NCBI GenBank assembly: GCA_040285855.1
Contig: JAUFOQ010000004.1
Location: 744,001 to 808,000, forward strand
Direction: 5' to 3'
Source: Eukaryota sp. GEM-RC1
Lineage: Eukaryota
DNA: 64,000 nucleotides
The notes under the pieces were generated by a model. It did no database searches, was not told the origin of the DNA, and saw only the letters and a list, made by a program, of their open reading frames with translations. Made by a program: the position numbers and the translations under genes. Position 1 is the first letter of the stretch, and each line of letters begins with the position of its first letter. Of this stretch, positions 47,783 through 60,710 are shown piece by piece.

Positions 47783-48277
47783 CTCTGAGTGTGACAACTT
47801 CTTTGAAAATCGTGGCTTTGTTATTGCACATGGAAATGATTACCTACTACACATTGCTAATGCAACCACAACTAAACACAAACTGACAACTGGGAAATTG
47901 CTTTGTAGATTTGAAAGTTCTTGTCCATTCATTGTCATTTCGATATAATCATCAATAGAACACAATACTTTCAGTCTGATTTTGATTAAACTGATAGACA
48001 GTTCAGAAGATGATAATTTTAGCATCTTAAAGAATTTTCAGAACCACGAAGTAGATATAAGCACATCATCTTGGTTTTAAAAAACTTAACTTTACATATA
48101 ATACATATTCTTACTAATATGTTTGTATTAGGACCTTGAATGTATTAGAAATACAGCGACATGCTTCTGGCTGAGAACACTGTTCTAATGTAGACAGTCA
48201 GTTTTTGCATTCTCTGCTCTGAGGTCTTGCTTAAACAAAATTAACTATTGGCAAATTCTTCTACATTGTACTCTTTC

Positions 48278-48912
48278 CAGGCCCTCTCATAAGATAAGTT
48301 AAAATAATTTGAACATCCAAAAGTGCCAAAAATAAATGTGAAATAAATATAATTTAAACAAAATAAAACCCAAATAAAAACAAAATATTATATTATACAT
48401 TTAATGTGAGTCACTATCGATGAATACACAATCCATTTGATCATCCCTTTCTTGTCGAAATAGGTTAGTTGACTTTCTGCTTCGTATAATTGCTCTAACT
48501 GTGTCATCATTCCATAGACATCTGTGGATCTTCAATATTAGTTCAATGTTCAGCATCGTTCAATGATCATATGCCCGGGTTTAGTCGTCGGAATTGGCTT
48601 AGAACACAGATAAAGGCTCGTCTGTACTGGTTAGGTTCGACATTGAAATTGCAAAGTTTGAGAGAAAATGTCTCAACCTTAATTTTTGTCTGAGCTTGAG
48701 TATTTCAAATATCATGTTTCACGTCAATCAACAACCTTGAGTACTAAATTAACTCATGTATTATATAGATCAATGAAGTTTACTTTCCGACATTTTATTT
48801 ATATTTATTTATATTTGTTCTATTTTGTTTTATTTGCATGATCGCCAAAAAGGCTCAAAAATAAATATAAATAGAAATAAATAGAATTGATATATATTTA
48901 TGAGGAGCCCTG
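48278..48912. mobile_element. hAT-type MITE
   Basis: Imperfect TIR CAGG(C/G)C..CTCATAA; 8-bp TSD ACTCTTTC; right half repeated at ~62940-63261. Confidence 0.8.
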
Positions 48913-49505
48913 ACTCTTTCAAACATAGCTTGAAGTTATATAATTCTTCCAAAATAATTTGGTATAATAATAATAACCTCTATAATAAAAATAATAATCT
49001 ATTATTCACCATATTTGTCGAAATGTTTTTTTGGCAAGTTTTATTGACAACAACACTAAAGTGTACATGCATCTAATAATCAATATCCTCAAAATCCAGA
49101 TTGCCTAACTGGAAATTTTCACCTACCTTATCCTCATAATGTCTGCCAAGAGATAATAAAGCGCTAGATACAGAAGTCACCATACCTTTAAAGATAACAA
49201 ACAAATTCGGAATTACATACCTATAATTGTCTTGTGTCTTGCTATATATTACAAGTTAGACCATTTCAGAGCATTCTGATCTCAAAGAAGAAGAAAAACT
49301 TCAATATTACCAATAGAAAATGTACAGGCAGATGAGTTTCAATTCATCAAAATTATGGGCTTGTTCTTTTCCAGTTCATAATTTCAAGCTACTATATGTT
49401 TTAAAACGATTTCAGTTGAAAATTCTCCTTCGAGGTCCGGTTACCGTATAATTCAAAAACACAAACATGAAATGTATTTACAACAAACTGAACGACTAAT
49501 AAGAT

Positions 49506-50360
49506 CTACTCAGCAAAGGAAACCGTACAAACAAGATAAATATCTTCAGTGCTATCTTCAACGTCATGGAAAGTAACATCATAAGACTTACCAAACGGCA
49601 GCGCTACTAAAAAATTAGCAATACAAAGTCCAACATCCAAAGTCTTTGGGTAATTTGGTGTTTCCCTACCATCGAAAAAGAACGCAACTTGATTATCCTT
49701 AGTTACAAAACGCCAGGACTGTCTGTTAATGGCTGAAGGTGATATCCTGGCTGCTTCCAAAGCAGCGGTCATCCAAGGAAGTTCCATTGTTCTTTCATCT
49801 GATAAAATCAGTGTAGACATGGGTTTTCTCTTCGCTGAACCAGCCATTGTTGAAAGTACTCGCTCACCAAAAGGTTTTGTATCGGTGCAGTATCCAATTG
49901 GAGTGACAGCTAATACGTCCTCGTTTTCAGCGAGATCGTAATATCGTTTAATATTGTCTTTGTACCAAGTTCCTGATATGATACAAGTACCAAGAGATTG
50001 GGCGGTACAGTATAAGACAAAAGCTTCAAGAACGATACCAGCTTTGACACGGGAGAAAGATTGGTTATTGTCGACTATGAGGGTGGCAAATAAGGAAGCA
50101 TTAGCACGGGCAAAACTGGCAAAGATCCCTTTGAAGACAGGAAGATCAACTCTGGCTTCAGAGATTTCTATTCTAATGCCTTCATATGGAGTGAAACTAG
50201 CTGCAAACTCTTTTAGAGAATCAACAACTGATCGAGAAACAATTCGAGAAGTGTCGTAAGATCGACGTGACTTGCGTAAGGGAATGGCCTTTTGAAGATC
50301 GTCATGATGAGGGAAGGTTAACATAAAGCCAAAGAAATAAAGTAAAAAAACAATTAACAT
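49506..50360 (-). CDS. Nitroreductase family protein (two-module, TM1586-like)
   Basis: AIPLRKSRRSY, LGTCIISG, TPIGY, KRKPM, ALEAARISPSAINRQSWRF, LDVGLCIANF; start may be the ATG at 50324. Confidence 0.85.
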   Translation of the reverse strand: MLIVFLLYFFGFMLTFPHHDDLQKAIPLRKSRRSYDTSRIVSRSVVDSLKEFAASFTPYEGIRIEISEARVDLPVFKGIFASFARANASLFATLIVDNNQSFSRVKAGIVLEAFVLYCTAQSLGTCIISGTWYKDNIKRYYDLAENEDVLAVTPIGYCTDTKPFGERVLSTMAGSAKRKPMSTLILSDERTMELPWMTAALEAARISPSAINRQSWRFVTKDNQVAFFFDGRETPNYPKTLDVGLCIANFLVALPFGKSYDVTFHDVEDSTEDIYLVCTVSFAE

Positions 50361-50849
50361 TCATGATAACTCAAAAAGTGGATGTTTCTATCCATCCTAA
50401 ACAGCTATATAAAGCTACTTCCTTCTACTCCTCGCATACAACTCCTCGCATACAACATAAACATAATGGATGATTCGGCAAGATCTCACTTGGGGGTTTC
50501 CCTTTTTCAGCGTGAGGTTCCCGTATCAGCCTCTGCTTGCCTACAGTTAGTACAATTGATATCATACATTGATAGCTTGAAACAACTAGCCATTCACCCA
50601 CCCACCCACCCCATCAGCAACCAATCTTGATGCGTCATTCCTTATGCAAAGGAAAAAAGCAATGAATTCTTCGTTGACATCTTCTTAATGTTAGCCTGTA
50701 GATATCTACAGCAATGTCGGTGTTAACACTCGTGTCCACACGGTGTCTTTGATGTGTTTTTTGGGGTGTTTTTGCATGTTTGTTTGAAATCAATTCAAGT
50801 TCTCTTCGAAGTCCCCAAATCCCTGTTATTAGTATCATTCCTATATGAC

Positions 50850-51352
50850 TATGACTTTTATATGGAGGCTTATCGTGCCAAATTGTTATGTTTGCATGTA
50901 GAAAACGCTTGGGATTTTCCTGTCCTGACTTTGCTGTGTACCAAAAGTCCTATGTTTCTGAGTTTTTCACCATTAACGACTATCGAGACGCCTATCGCTA
51001 TGGAGTTTTCTATCCCATACAATTAAGTGAGGACATGGAACACTTGAAGAGAACATTACCACTTTTATATTCAAAGAAAACTGGTAGGAGAAAGAAGAAA
51101 CACTATAGATCTAACCTTCATGGAAGAAAAAAGGCACGTAAAGAATATGAACAAGACATATTCGACAAGTTGATGATTTCTTTGCGTGAGATAGATGGAG
51201 GATGTAAATCAGAAGCGCATGAAAACGAGGATGTTGTTGAAGATGATGATAACAAACCGTCCAAATGTGATGAAAAACTGATGGAGGAATGTAGATGGGA
51301 TTTCCCCAACTATGTTGGAGAACCATCACCACTTGACCGGATTCTCATGTAG
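50850..51352 (+). pseudogene. Mutator/MULE transposase C-terminal remnant
   Basis: YVSEFFTINDYRDAY...YPI...LP..SKKTGRRKKK resembles the post-SWIM tail of MULE transposases. Confidence 0.5.
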
Positions 51353-51512
51353 AGTATATTAGTTTTATATTTTTATGTCAATAAAGCATGTAGTTGAAGA
51401 GAAGAGTGAATGAAGTTTGAGAACAGTGATGTCCAGTAGATACAGAAAAGTTGGAAGAGGTTTGATGACCCTGTTTTGTAAATAGTGACCCGATTTTGTA
51501 AACAGAGGATGT

Positions 51513-51864
51513 CATTGAACGCTAACACGTAACACGGCCTGACACGTAACACGCGTGTTAACACGTGTTAGGAATTTTCACTGATTTCTAACACGCAAAC
51601 AACGGTTATAATTTTTTGGTCCGAATGACCTAAAAATGTCTTTTGTTCCTAAAAAAATGATATGCGACGTTTTAGAAGTCCTCTATAGGGAAGTAGAGTA
51701 TCGTAAGGATGAATGTGTAGAAGAAATGAGCTATTTATCGTTGAACAAGAAACCAGCAAAAATTCTTGTAGCGCAAACACGTAACACGTCCTAACACGTA
51801 ACACGCGTGTTAACACGTGTTAACACGTGTTAGATTCAATTTTGTTACGTGTTAGCGTTCACTG
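51513..51864. mobile_element. MITE with long inverted AACACGT-repeat arms
   Basis: TIR CA(T/G)TGAACGCTAACACGTAACA; flanking direct repeat GATGT (5 bp, or up to GGATGTCA depending on boundary). Confidence 0.8.
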
Positions 51865-52009
51865 GATGTCAATGAGGTCGATTTTGTAAAAGCCCCAAAA
51901 ACGGTTTCTGATCCATGGTACAGAGTTTGATTATTAAAACGTCGTTTTGGCCCAATTCTTGATGTCAATTCGTAATTCATGATTCAGTAATGGATCAATT
52001 GCATTGCAT

Positions 52010-52590
52010 AGGTAAGTTTTGTGGAATAGTCTTATGATTTTGGAACCAGTTCTGGCTATATGGATGTTTGACAAATCGTTTGGAAACAGTTATGAGGGTT
52101 TCTTCATCATTGCTGAAGTCACATGTATTGATGTTTGTAATGAAGCCAACCAGAGACTTGTCAAATGCAATGTTAAAAAAGCTCTTTTAATTGGTGAAAA
52201 GTTCAAAGAGGAAAAATAATGTGCTAAATTGATACAATCGATATTGACTTCGGTTTCACACGATTTGCGTGTTTTTCCCATTTTTATTCTCGTAATTTGT
52301 TTCTCTTGGTGCACCAGCAACATCATTGCTTGGAATCCTTGTGAAGATTGTAAACGAAATAGCACATGGCTCTTTAAATCTTAGAAATAAAATCTTTGCA
52401 AATCTTTGGAAAAATCGAATTGTGTTTACTCTCTTTAAAGGTATGGTGACTTTTCTTTCTTATGCATCATTATCTCATGACAGACATTATGAGGATAAGC
52501 TGTGGACGATTTGGATTTTGATGACATTCATTTTTGAATGTATGTACACTGTTATGTTGTTTTAGCTCGTAGTATATTTTTTTGAAGTAA
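52010..52590 (+). mobile_element. Decayed CRE-like LINE 3' fragment, family D
   Basis: EVTCIDVCN..GEKFKEEK..LWKNRIVFTLFKG. Confidence 0.6.
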
Positions 52591-52819
52591 AAACTGATGT
52601 GATTTTTTATGGCAATGATTGTTGCTTAAATGATATTGAGTTCAAGTTTTTGTGTCTATCTTAGTGTTTTTGTTCCATATAGAATACGCAATTTGTAAAA
52701 AAAAGGTTATGTTGTTTTTAATGAAATATTCGTCAAACGAGAAATGAAAAAAATAGTGTATTATGGATTTATATGGACAAAAACACATACCGCGATATAT
52801 GTTTCTGCAATTTTCTGAG

Positions 52820-52998
52820 AAAAAACCATCCAGCATCATCAGCAGAATGGCCCGCATTTTAACTTACATTTATTATTATTATTATGACAACAAAAACCCA
52901 CGTATATCTGTTCACTCTTCACCGTAGCAACTCTCGGTTTATGTCCATATTCGGGTCATGTCCAGTGGAAGAGGGGGACATAAACCGGGGAAGACTGT
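52820..52998. mobile_element. Solo right end of the Tc1/pogo-type element
   Basis: GGACATAAACCGGGGAAGACTGTA, same as 55222-55247; another related end at ~57340-57617. Confidence 0.7.
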
Positions 52999-53644
52999 AT
53001 GTTTCAAAATTAAGGGGCCAACACTTATAATTAGGGAAAATTGAACTGTATCTCGTCATCCAAACACTGTTCTTTTACCATTTTATCCATAAAAATACAG
53101 TTAATACAGTTTTAATTCAGCATAAGAAAATACAAAAAATACAGTGTATATCCAGTCTGAGAAAACATAAAATAAAGTAGAGTATTTCCATTTTCCAAAT
53201 ATGGTACAAACTATCAAATGGGAAAACAAATTATCAACTGAACAATAATTAATCAAGACTTTTGTTAACGACAGAAGTGTAATTAACTCAGGATTTAACA
53301 TCAACAAACTGACTTGCATTGAATCAGAAATCGACACATAACCACAAACAGGTATTTTTGCGGTTTTCACTCTATTTCCAAATCCAAAGTTTCTTTAATG
53401 CATATCAACTGTAACTTTAATCATGTAAGAACAACGCTCTAAAACAATACGGACTCTGCACTTTGTTTCGATCTTATACAATTTGTTGTACAAGAAAAAT
53501 GCTAATTCATTCCCCTAAGTTGATAACAGTATGTCATGAACTTGAGAGAATACAGGAGTCACTGATCGTATCAACACGTGTTAACACGTCGACACGTGTT
53601 GGTTTGAGCTCCTTCCCCTTTCAGTTATCCCATTTTCCATAACG

Positions 53645-54094
53645 ATGTTCACGAACACTTATTGTGCACTGTTTTTCCTATCTATGGCTCTCATTGTATC
53701 ATGTGATGCCAAGATGTTGGATGAAGTACGAGATCTTTACAGAAACGTTGAAGGAAACGAGAAGGTTGCTGATAGGCTGTTCGAAGTAACGAAAGGCATG
53801 ACAGAGCCTCTTTTCTTTGCCTATAATGGTGTAGCTAAGGCTGTGCTTGCTTCCTTCAAATGGAATCCCTACTCTAAACTTAGATTGGTCCAAGAAGGAT
53901 GTGCACAATTGAACAAGGCCTCCAAGATGCTTTCTTCTGACATTGAGATCAGAATGCTGCGTTTGTCTGTTGAAATCAACATACCCGCAATTATTTCTAT
54001 CGACAGACATATAGACGAAGACCGTGCTTATCTGAAGAAACACTTCGATCCCAACCATCCCATGGCTGATGTCATTAAACACTTTCTTGATTAA
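53645..54094 (+). CDS. Secreted helical protein resembling an uncharacterised Bacteroidota family
   Basis: Signal peptide; AYNG....A...WNPYSKL....G...L.KA......IEIRMLRLSV..NIP......IDED..YL. Confidence 0.6.
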   Translation: MFTNTYCALFFLSMALIVSCDAKMLDEVRDLYRNVEGNEKVADRLFEVTKGMTEPLFFAYNGVAKAVLASFKWNPYSKLRLVQEGCAQLNKASKMLSSDIEIRMLRLSVEINIPAIISIDRHIDEDRAYLKKHFDPNHPMADVIKHFLD

Positions 54095-54288
54095 TCGAAC
54101 ACATTAACACACTAAATAAACTGTATCTCAATCACCAAACTGTCCAAATTCGCACATTGGTTCAAGAGTATATACTAAGCATTTCATGGTGTATAATTAC
54201 TCCTTTGTATTTCGAAAAATAGAATTATGAATCACAACTTTCAAACAAATACCCAAGAAATAGACGACAACATTTTCAAATACAGATA

Positions 54289-55245
54289 CAGTCTTCCCCC
54301 GGTTTATGTCCAAACTCGGTTTATGTCCAAAATTTTCCTGTCCGACTTTTGTTGATCGATCTTCTTCTCTCCGTGGATCGTTCATCGACCGATCTCTTTT
54401 CTATCGACATATGTAATAAACACGCTTACATTCTATAGTCTTTGACTTCACATTTGGAGCCCAACTCCAACATTTCTTCTCTTCACACACTTTCCTCCAG
54501 AAGATGTTGTACAAAGAGTCTTCTGTGTTATTTAGACACACTTTACACCAGATCACACCACAAATGTCTCACTTCCTTTCTTCTTTTGTTCTCGTCCTCT
54601 GTTTTGATGTATATAAGGGTAGGATTGGATGCAGACACAATTTGATCTCAAATGGAATATTTTCTGCCGTGACCGGACTATGTCTTTAGTAGAGACGTTT
54701 TGCTGGATGAGGAAGGCACCAAGAACATTAAATGAGCTCATATACCCTCTTAGGGGTTAGAATATCCTTCCTTTTGAACTCAACCACAAGCTCCTCCCTC
54801 ATCTTTGACGGATTTCGCTGGTCTATTTCCGTTTTCATTCCTTCCACAGCTTTCTACACAACGTTCTCATCTGATTTCCGCTTTCAAATTCTTCCTTTGG
54901 GGGGAGATTTTGTCTTCTCCAAGCCTTCTCTTTTTGTTATGATACTCCTTCAGTTATCTCAGATGTACTTGCTGTCTTGTGTTCATCATAGCTAGCTCTT
55001 CTTTGTTTGATATAACATCGTGAATCATGTCAAATTTGTCAATGTGTCACTGCCTTATCTTTGAACCCCCTTCTCTCCCGTCTTATTGAGAACGGGAACC
55101 CACCAGTATCATCAGTAGAATGGCCCGCATTTTAGCTTTTATTTCTCATTACAATAAAGACCCATATATATCTGTTCACTCTGCACCGAATCAACCCTCG
55201 GTTTATGTTTAGTCCAAGAGGTGGACATAAACCGGGGGAAGACTG
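54289..55245. mobile_element. Tc1/mariner (pogo-like) non-autonomous element
   Basis: Perfect 24-bp TIR CAGTCTTCCCCCGGTTTATGTCCA; TA on both sides. Confidence 0.92.
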
Positions 55246-55967
55246 TACATTGATAAAAACACAGATACAAAGATAACATTATTCACAAGATTCTACGTTT
55301 GCCATGGCACTGTACTTCTGATTGTTTTTAGACAAATTTGTATTGCACAACCACTTTTTACTCCAAATTTGTGAGTTCCTTCTACTACGAGAGAGCTAAT
55401 TACGTGATAGTGATGTGTGTTTCTTTAATGATATCAAATTTTGTTTTCCAGAATATCTAAATTAAAAGAATACAGGCTTTGTAGAAACATTCCCAAGTAT
55501 CATCTCCATTTTTTCCAAGTGGTGTAATGATTATTCTCGTGTGGAAGTGGAGAACTAAATTTCTTTCTTATTCTGAATGAGTATGTATAAGATTATTGTT
55601 GCAAATAAACTTACAGTACTTCCAAAGAAAACGATCATATTTTTGTGTGTAAATTACATCAAACAAAAAACGAATGACAAAGACAATCTTTGATCAAAAT
55701 ATATTGTTCCGAGTTTATCTTCTTCGTCAGGCCACTGCGAATCTAATGTAAGAGTAAAATTCTTTGAATAACAGAAGATGAAGATAACAACGGCAAGTCA
55801 TACGATCAAGTAAATATAGTAGACTTAGAAAGTTCAGATCACACATGTTTTGACCTTATCACAATACTTGTAAAAGAATCGATAAACAGTTCAATTGGTT
55901 GCTCTACCACTCCTCATATAGACACAGTTTTAATTAACAAGTTTACAAGAATACATATACAATAAAT

Positions 55968-57025
55968 TTACAATCTGGTCACTCTGATCAAAGCAGATCC
56001 CAAGACCTCATCAGCTGCTCCATAGAAAACCATGAACTCATTAACACCAACCTGCTTCATGCCCTCGATAAATACAACATTTGGAACCAAGCCTTGAGGA
56101 TTCCTTTCCCAAGCTAACTCAGGTGTTAAAATGGGGACTTCAGACCTTTGAAGGATGTGTGAAGGATCTGTCCCATTGAGAATGAGATAACCTGCGTTGT
56201 ACTGGAGATCATAGCCAGGTCGTACGGAAGGAAATCCTCTACGAGCAGAGTTGTAAATGAACAAATAGTTGCCATCAGACAGAAGAAGCGGTGGAGGACC
56301 AGACTCAACAAGTTCAGAATCAAAATGGTCATTGCGTACTGTCAGAAAGTCATCAATGGTGGTCTTATAACTTATCAAATCATCGGAAACTGCAAAGAAA
56401 GCTTCTCATCCCCCCAGATCAGGTAATGTGGGGAATCTGCTACATCATCTCTTAACAACAGAGCCCCAGACTTTGACCATTTGTTAGTGACAACTGGCCC
56501 ATGTCTCTTCCAGGATTCCTTTATCAAGGGGGTAGTAGTAGTAGCGAGAGCTAGTCTGGAAGTGAGACTTGTTGGTGTCTCTTCAACAGCAGAGTAGAAC
56601 ATGTAGTAAGTTCGATCTTTTGTTCTATACACAATCCGAGGGTCTTCAACTCCATAGTTCTCTTCAGGACCAGACGCTTCAAAGACAACATTTCTGTTGG
56701 TAATCGGAGACAGTCTTATATTACTTATGTTTTCTTCAAGCTTTCCACTTTTCGAAGTGGAGAAGGATGCAGTGACTACAGATTGACCAACTTCATAGGG
56801 AGGTTTAGTGACATTCTGGGATCGTACAAACAGAACATCAATGCTCTCAGTAGGAGATGTATATACTGGGGCATAAGAAGGGTTATACGAAAGCGTAAAG
56901 ACAGACTGAATATCGAGGGGACGTTGCTGGTTGACTCTTTTCAGGGTAACATCATACAGAGGAACTGTGGCCAGACTCACAGAGCACAGAGCCATATACA
57001 TCAAAACCCGAACATCGAATCTCAT
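55968..57025 (-). CDS. Glycoside hydrolase family 130-like (beta-mannoside-active), secreted; break near 56380-56400
   Basis: YGVEDPRIVY, WSKSGA, LVESGPPP, YNSA, GLVPNVVFIEG, YGAAD. Confidence 0.85.
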
Positions 57026-58001
57026 TGAGAGTGAGTGATTTAACTCAATTAATGAACTTATGTTAACCTGTCAAAATGAAACCAATGAAACCGAAACCAA
57101 ACTAAAACTTCTTCAAAACGGATTGGTTGGCCATTTTCAGCTTTGTGACTGATTTTAGTGGACAATGATCATCATTTTCGTCATTACAATACGTTTAGAC
57201 ATGGAAACAATGACTACCCAATCATCAGCAGGTTTTAAAACCATTGAATGATTTACAGCTTTTATGCAAAACAAATCATTTTTACAGCATTTTTACAGCA
57301 AATCGTTCCTAGCTCTTCGTTGTTCGCTAAAACATCATTAATGATGTCAAATTTCTCAATGTGTCACTGCCTTTTAAAAAAAATCTTTTAAAATCTTTAT
57401 TATTATTTTTTTCTTGAAACCCTTTCTCTCCTGCTTGATTGCCAATGGTATCCCACTAGTATTATCAGTAGATGCACGTCAGTCATAGCTTTTATTTCAC
57501 ATAACAATAAACATCCATCATCGTCTGTTCACACTGCACGGAACAAGCCCTCGATTTAGTGCCTAACTCGATTTAGTGCCGGTCCAAACAGGGGCACTAA
57601 ACCGAGGGAAGACTGTATCTACATTACTATCCTGCTATAACTTCAGCAGGGACAGAATATTTCTGTTGTAATTAATCTGAGTCATAAATTTTCGACTATA
57701 TATACATTTTTTAAAACAATTCATGTTATGATCTCCAAAGCTGTTTTAACTCTACGTTTATTCACAGAAAAATTTTATGTGATATTCAGAGGCAATAACT
57801 GTTGCTTTAATGATATTCAGTTCTAGTTTATATTCCTTTCTTTTTGTAAACCCACGTTTTAAGGAATAGTGTTTACCATGTGCAGCATTGAACTAATTAA
57901 ACCGATTTCTTATGTACTAAAGAGATGATACTGTATTTTGATTAAATCTAAAGCAATCTAATAGATTTTGTAAATTACAATCATCACTAATTACATTAAT
58001 C

Positions 58002-58874
58002 CAAAGTTGTACTTCACAACAATATTGCTTTGTTTTGTGATCTGTGATCACAAATCACAATAATCACACACGATATGAAAAATGTACTCTTCATCTTCAT
58101 AACTTATATAAAAAATTATCCCTTGTGACTTATCTCCCGACAATTTGATCTCAACCAACAGTAAAACAATTGCAATTTTATCAAGAACTTTATTTCAGCG
58201 TTACTTTATTGTAATACTTTATTTCATCAATTATCTACTAATTATTTCTACTGTTTTTCTTGGTGGACAATTCAGTAGTTCCGACACCTTGTCATCATCT
58301 TCGTATGATTCAACCTAGAAATCCACAGGGTTTTCAATTGTAATGTCAATTAATACGCTTTGAAAATCCACTTCGTCTATTTCCTCACTAAGATCAACAT
58401 CTATCATCACCTTTCTCCACTAATTCATCTTCAGCACTCAGAGTTCCTTCAGTATTGGCACGCACTACACTCCAAATATCTGCTTATATGTAACATTACT
58501 TGATAACTTCTTCCCTAAATTTTAAATTGAGCGAAACTGAGATTTTCTTCTTCTTGCTTCCAATAGAGCTAGGTTAAAATAAACTCCAATGACATCATTT
58601 ATATGAGTAAGTTGCAGACATATTTAATCGTCAAAAAAAGAATAATCTAATTCGTGGACTTCAGTCTGCCACTCAGACATGACAAATAGTTGACTTGTCT
58701 TGTTTATTTTGCATTTATTTGACTAAAATCTGACAAATAAACAAAATAACAACCAAGTTTAGCGTCAACAATCGTGATCACAAATCACAGTTGGGATCAC
58801 AAAAATCCGACCATTTTTACACTTTTGTGATCACAAATCACAGTTCACAGTGTGATTTGCGAAGTACAACTATG
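58002..58874. mobile_element. hAT-type MITE, sibling of 45166-45864; TSD not matched
   Basis: Collinear high identity with 45166-45864 plus ~160 bp extra; TIR CA(A/T)AGTTGTACTTC. Confidence 0.8.
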
Positions 58875-59185
58875 TTTTCAAGTATTTCATTTGAAGCCAT
58901 TTCTGGTAGAAAATCCTGAATAATAGAAGTTACTGGCAGTACAGTAAAAACAAGAACATATGACTCGTTGCAAACACCACCACCACCACAATCAAACTCA
59001 TTTCCAGGAATAATTCCAATCATTAGAACATCACTAATGGACGAAGGAGTGCGATTCCTAACCCTAACTTCATAAACATTTCCTGTAAGAAGAGGAGTTT
59101 CTGAAAGATCATTGCTCCATATAGAATTTGGACCACTGTGAGTCACAATTGTTCCCCATTTGAAATATTTAAATTTTGATTTTTA
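58875..59185 (-). pseudogene. SPRY-domain fragment of the BTB-SPRY family (copy 4)
   Basis: LSETPLLTGNVYEVRVRN..LMIGIIPGNEFDC; bounded by TE ends on both sides. Confidence 0.75.
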
Positions 59186-59641
59186 ATCAAGTACATTCTC
59201 CACTAAAGATGCCAATTGACTCGGCTCAACGTACTCAAAAGTTTTCTCGGTCGAGTCCGTGTGGACTCAGAAGTGTGCGAGTTGAGTTGAGTACGCTGAG
59301 TTCGCACTGGATACGAATCCTAGTTTCTGTTAGTTTGATGTTCTATAGATTGATTGTTAGATTACACAGTTTCAAGTTGTCAATGAGCTGTACAGAAACC
59401 CATGTGTTGAGTTTCTTAATTGGAAGAAGTTTTATCTCGAATATATGTTTTCATAAAACATATAGGTTGTATTTTTCCACTTTTTGATAGATTGAGTGAA
59501 CATATACTTATAAGCAGACATTCTGAGGGTGTTGAGACATTATCCCGACAATAAGTGAAGGAAAACATAACCTATAAGGACTTTATGCAGATCATGGCAA
59601 TGTTAAGTTGAACTTGAAGTTTCGTGGTAATGGGTTTTGAG

Positions 59642-60276
59642 TAGGGAGAACTAATACATCTTTATATTGCAATATTCACTTTCGACTGTTTCGAAAGTGC
59701 AATATATTGCTTGATGTTGCAATATTTAAATAAATATGATTGAAGACAAACACTTAGAGGTGATCACAATACACACACATTTGAACCAAAATACAGTTGT
59801 TTAGAGACGTTAGGTCGTTCTTCATTTACCTATTGTTTCAAAATCACATTGCTGTCACCCAAAAACAAAAAAGAAGTCAGGTAAAATATCAAGTATCTGG
59901 ACTATATTTCCATCAATCTTACCATGAAACTGTGACAGCTACATGACTGTTTAGTAAAGCTGAACTAAAACTAGAAATCCATCGGCCTTTTGTTAAGACA
60001 GACAGTCTTCATAAACATCTGTTTCTCCATGAAAACCGCGAGTATTGGGACTTACCATTAATTGAATACATTGTTAACACAAGAAGAGCTAAAGGCGGTG
60101 ATGGTGAAGTTGTAGACATCGGTGATGATGAGTAAGTTTGTGTCAATCAGTATTTTTGTCTTGCTAAATGGTGCGACTAGTATCCAAATTTACTGTAAAA
60201 CATGGAGTCTGAATAAATATATATTTTCATCGAATCACAATATCATATTTATTTAAATATTTATTAGTCCTCCCTG
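59642..60276. mobile_element. hAT-type MITE
   Basis: TIR (T/C)AGGGAG(A/G)ACTAATA; 8-bp TSD GTTTTGAG at 59634-59641 and 60277-60284; the paralogous site at ~22527 is empty. Confidence 0.85.
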
Positions 60277-60710
60277 GTTTTGAGTTTCGTGAATGATGAA
60301 ACAGTTTGTGAATCACTGGTAGTACCGGTATCACTTGAAAATATTTAACATAATATTTATTGAAGTGTTACCGTATGTGAACGACTTCAAAAAAACATGA
60401 GTAACTGTGTTTACAAGAGTAAAATTCAAGTGCAGCACCACTATAGTGTTGATCTTATTAGAGTGACATCACCTTTAAATACCAGAATAAAAAACGGATT
60501 TATGTACAGAGAAAAACACACAGCAAGAATACAACAAAAAATTAAAGACTATTAAAAATTAAAACCAGAATTGGAATCAATTAATTTGTACTGATAAAAA
60601 TAACACAATTAATTCAAATCAAATCTTGCACATAGCCTGTTTTACTACCTCTAGTATTGAACCATCACTTCACTTACACTTATAGAATGCAAGTTTATTA
60701 GAAGATGAAG

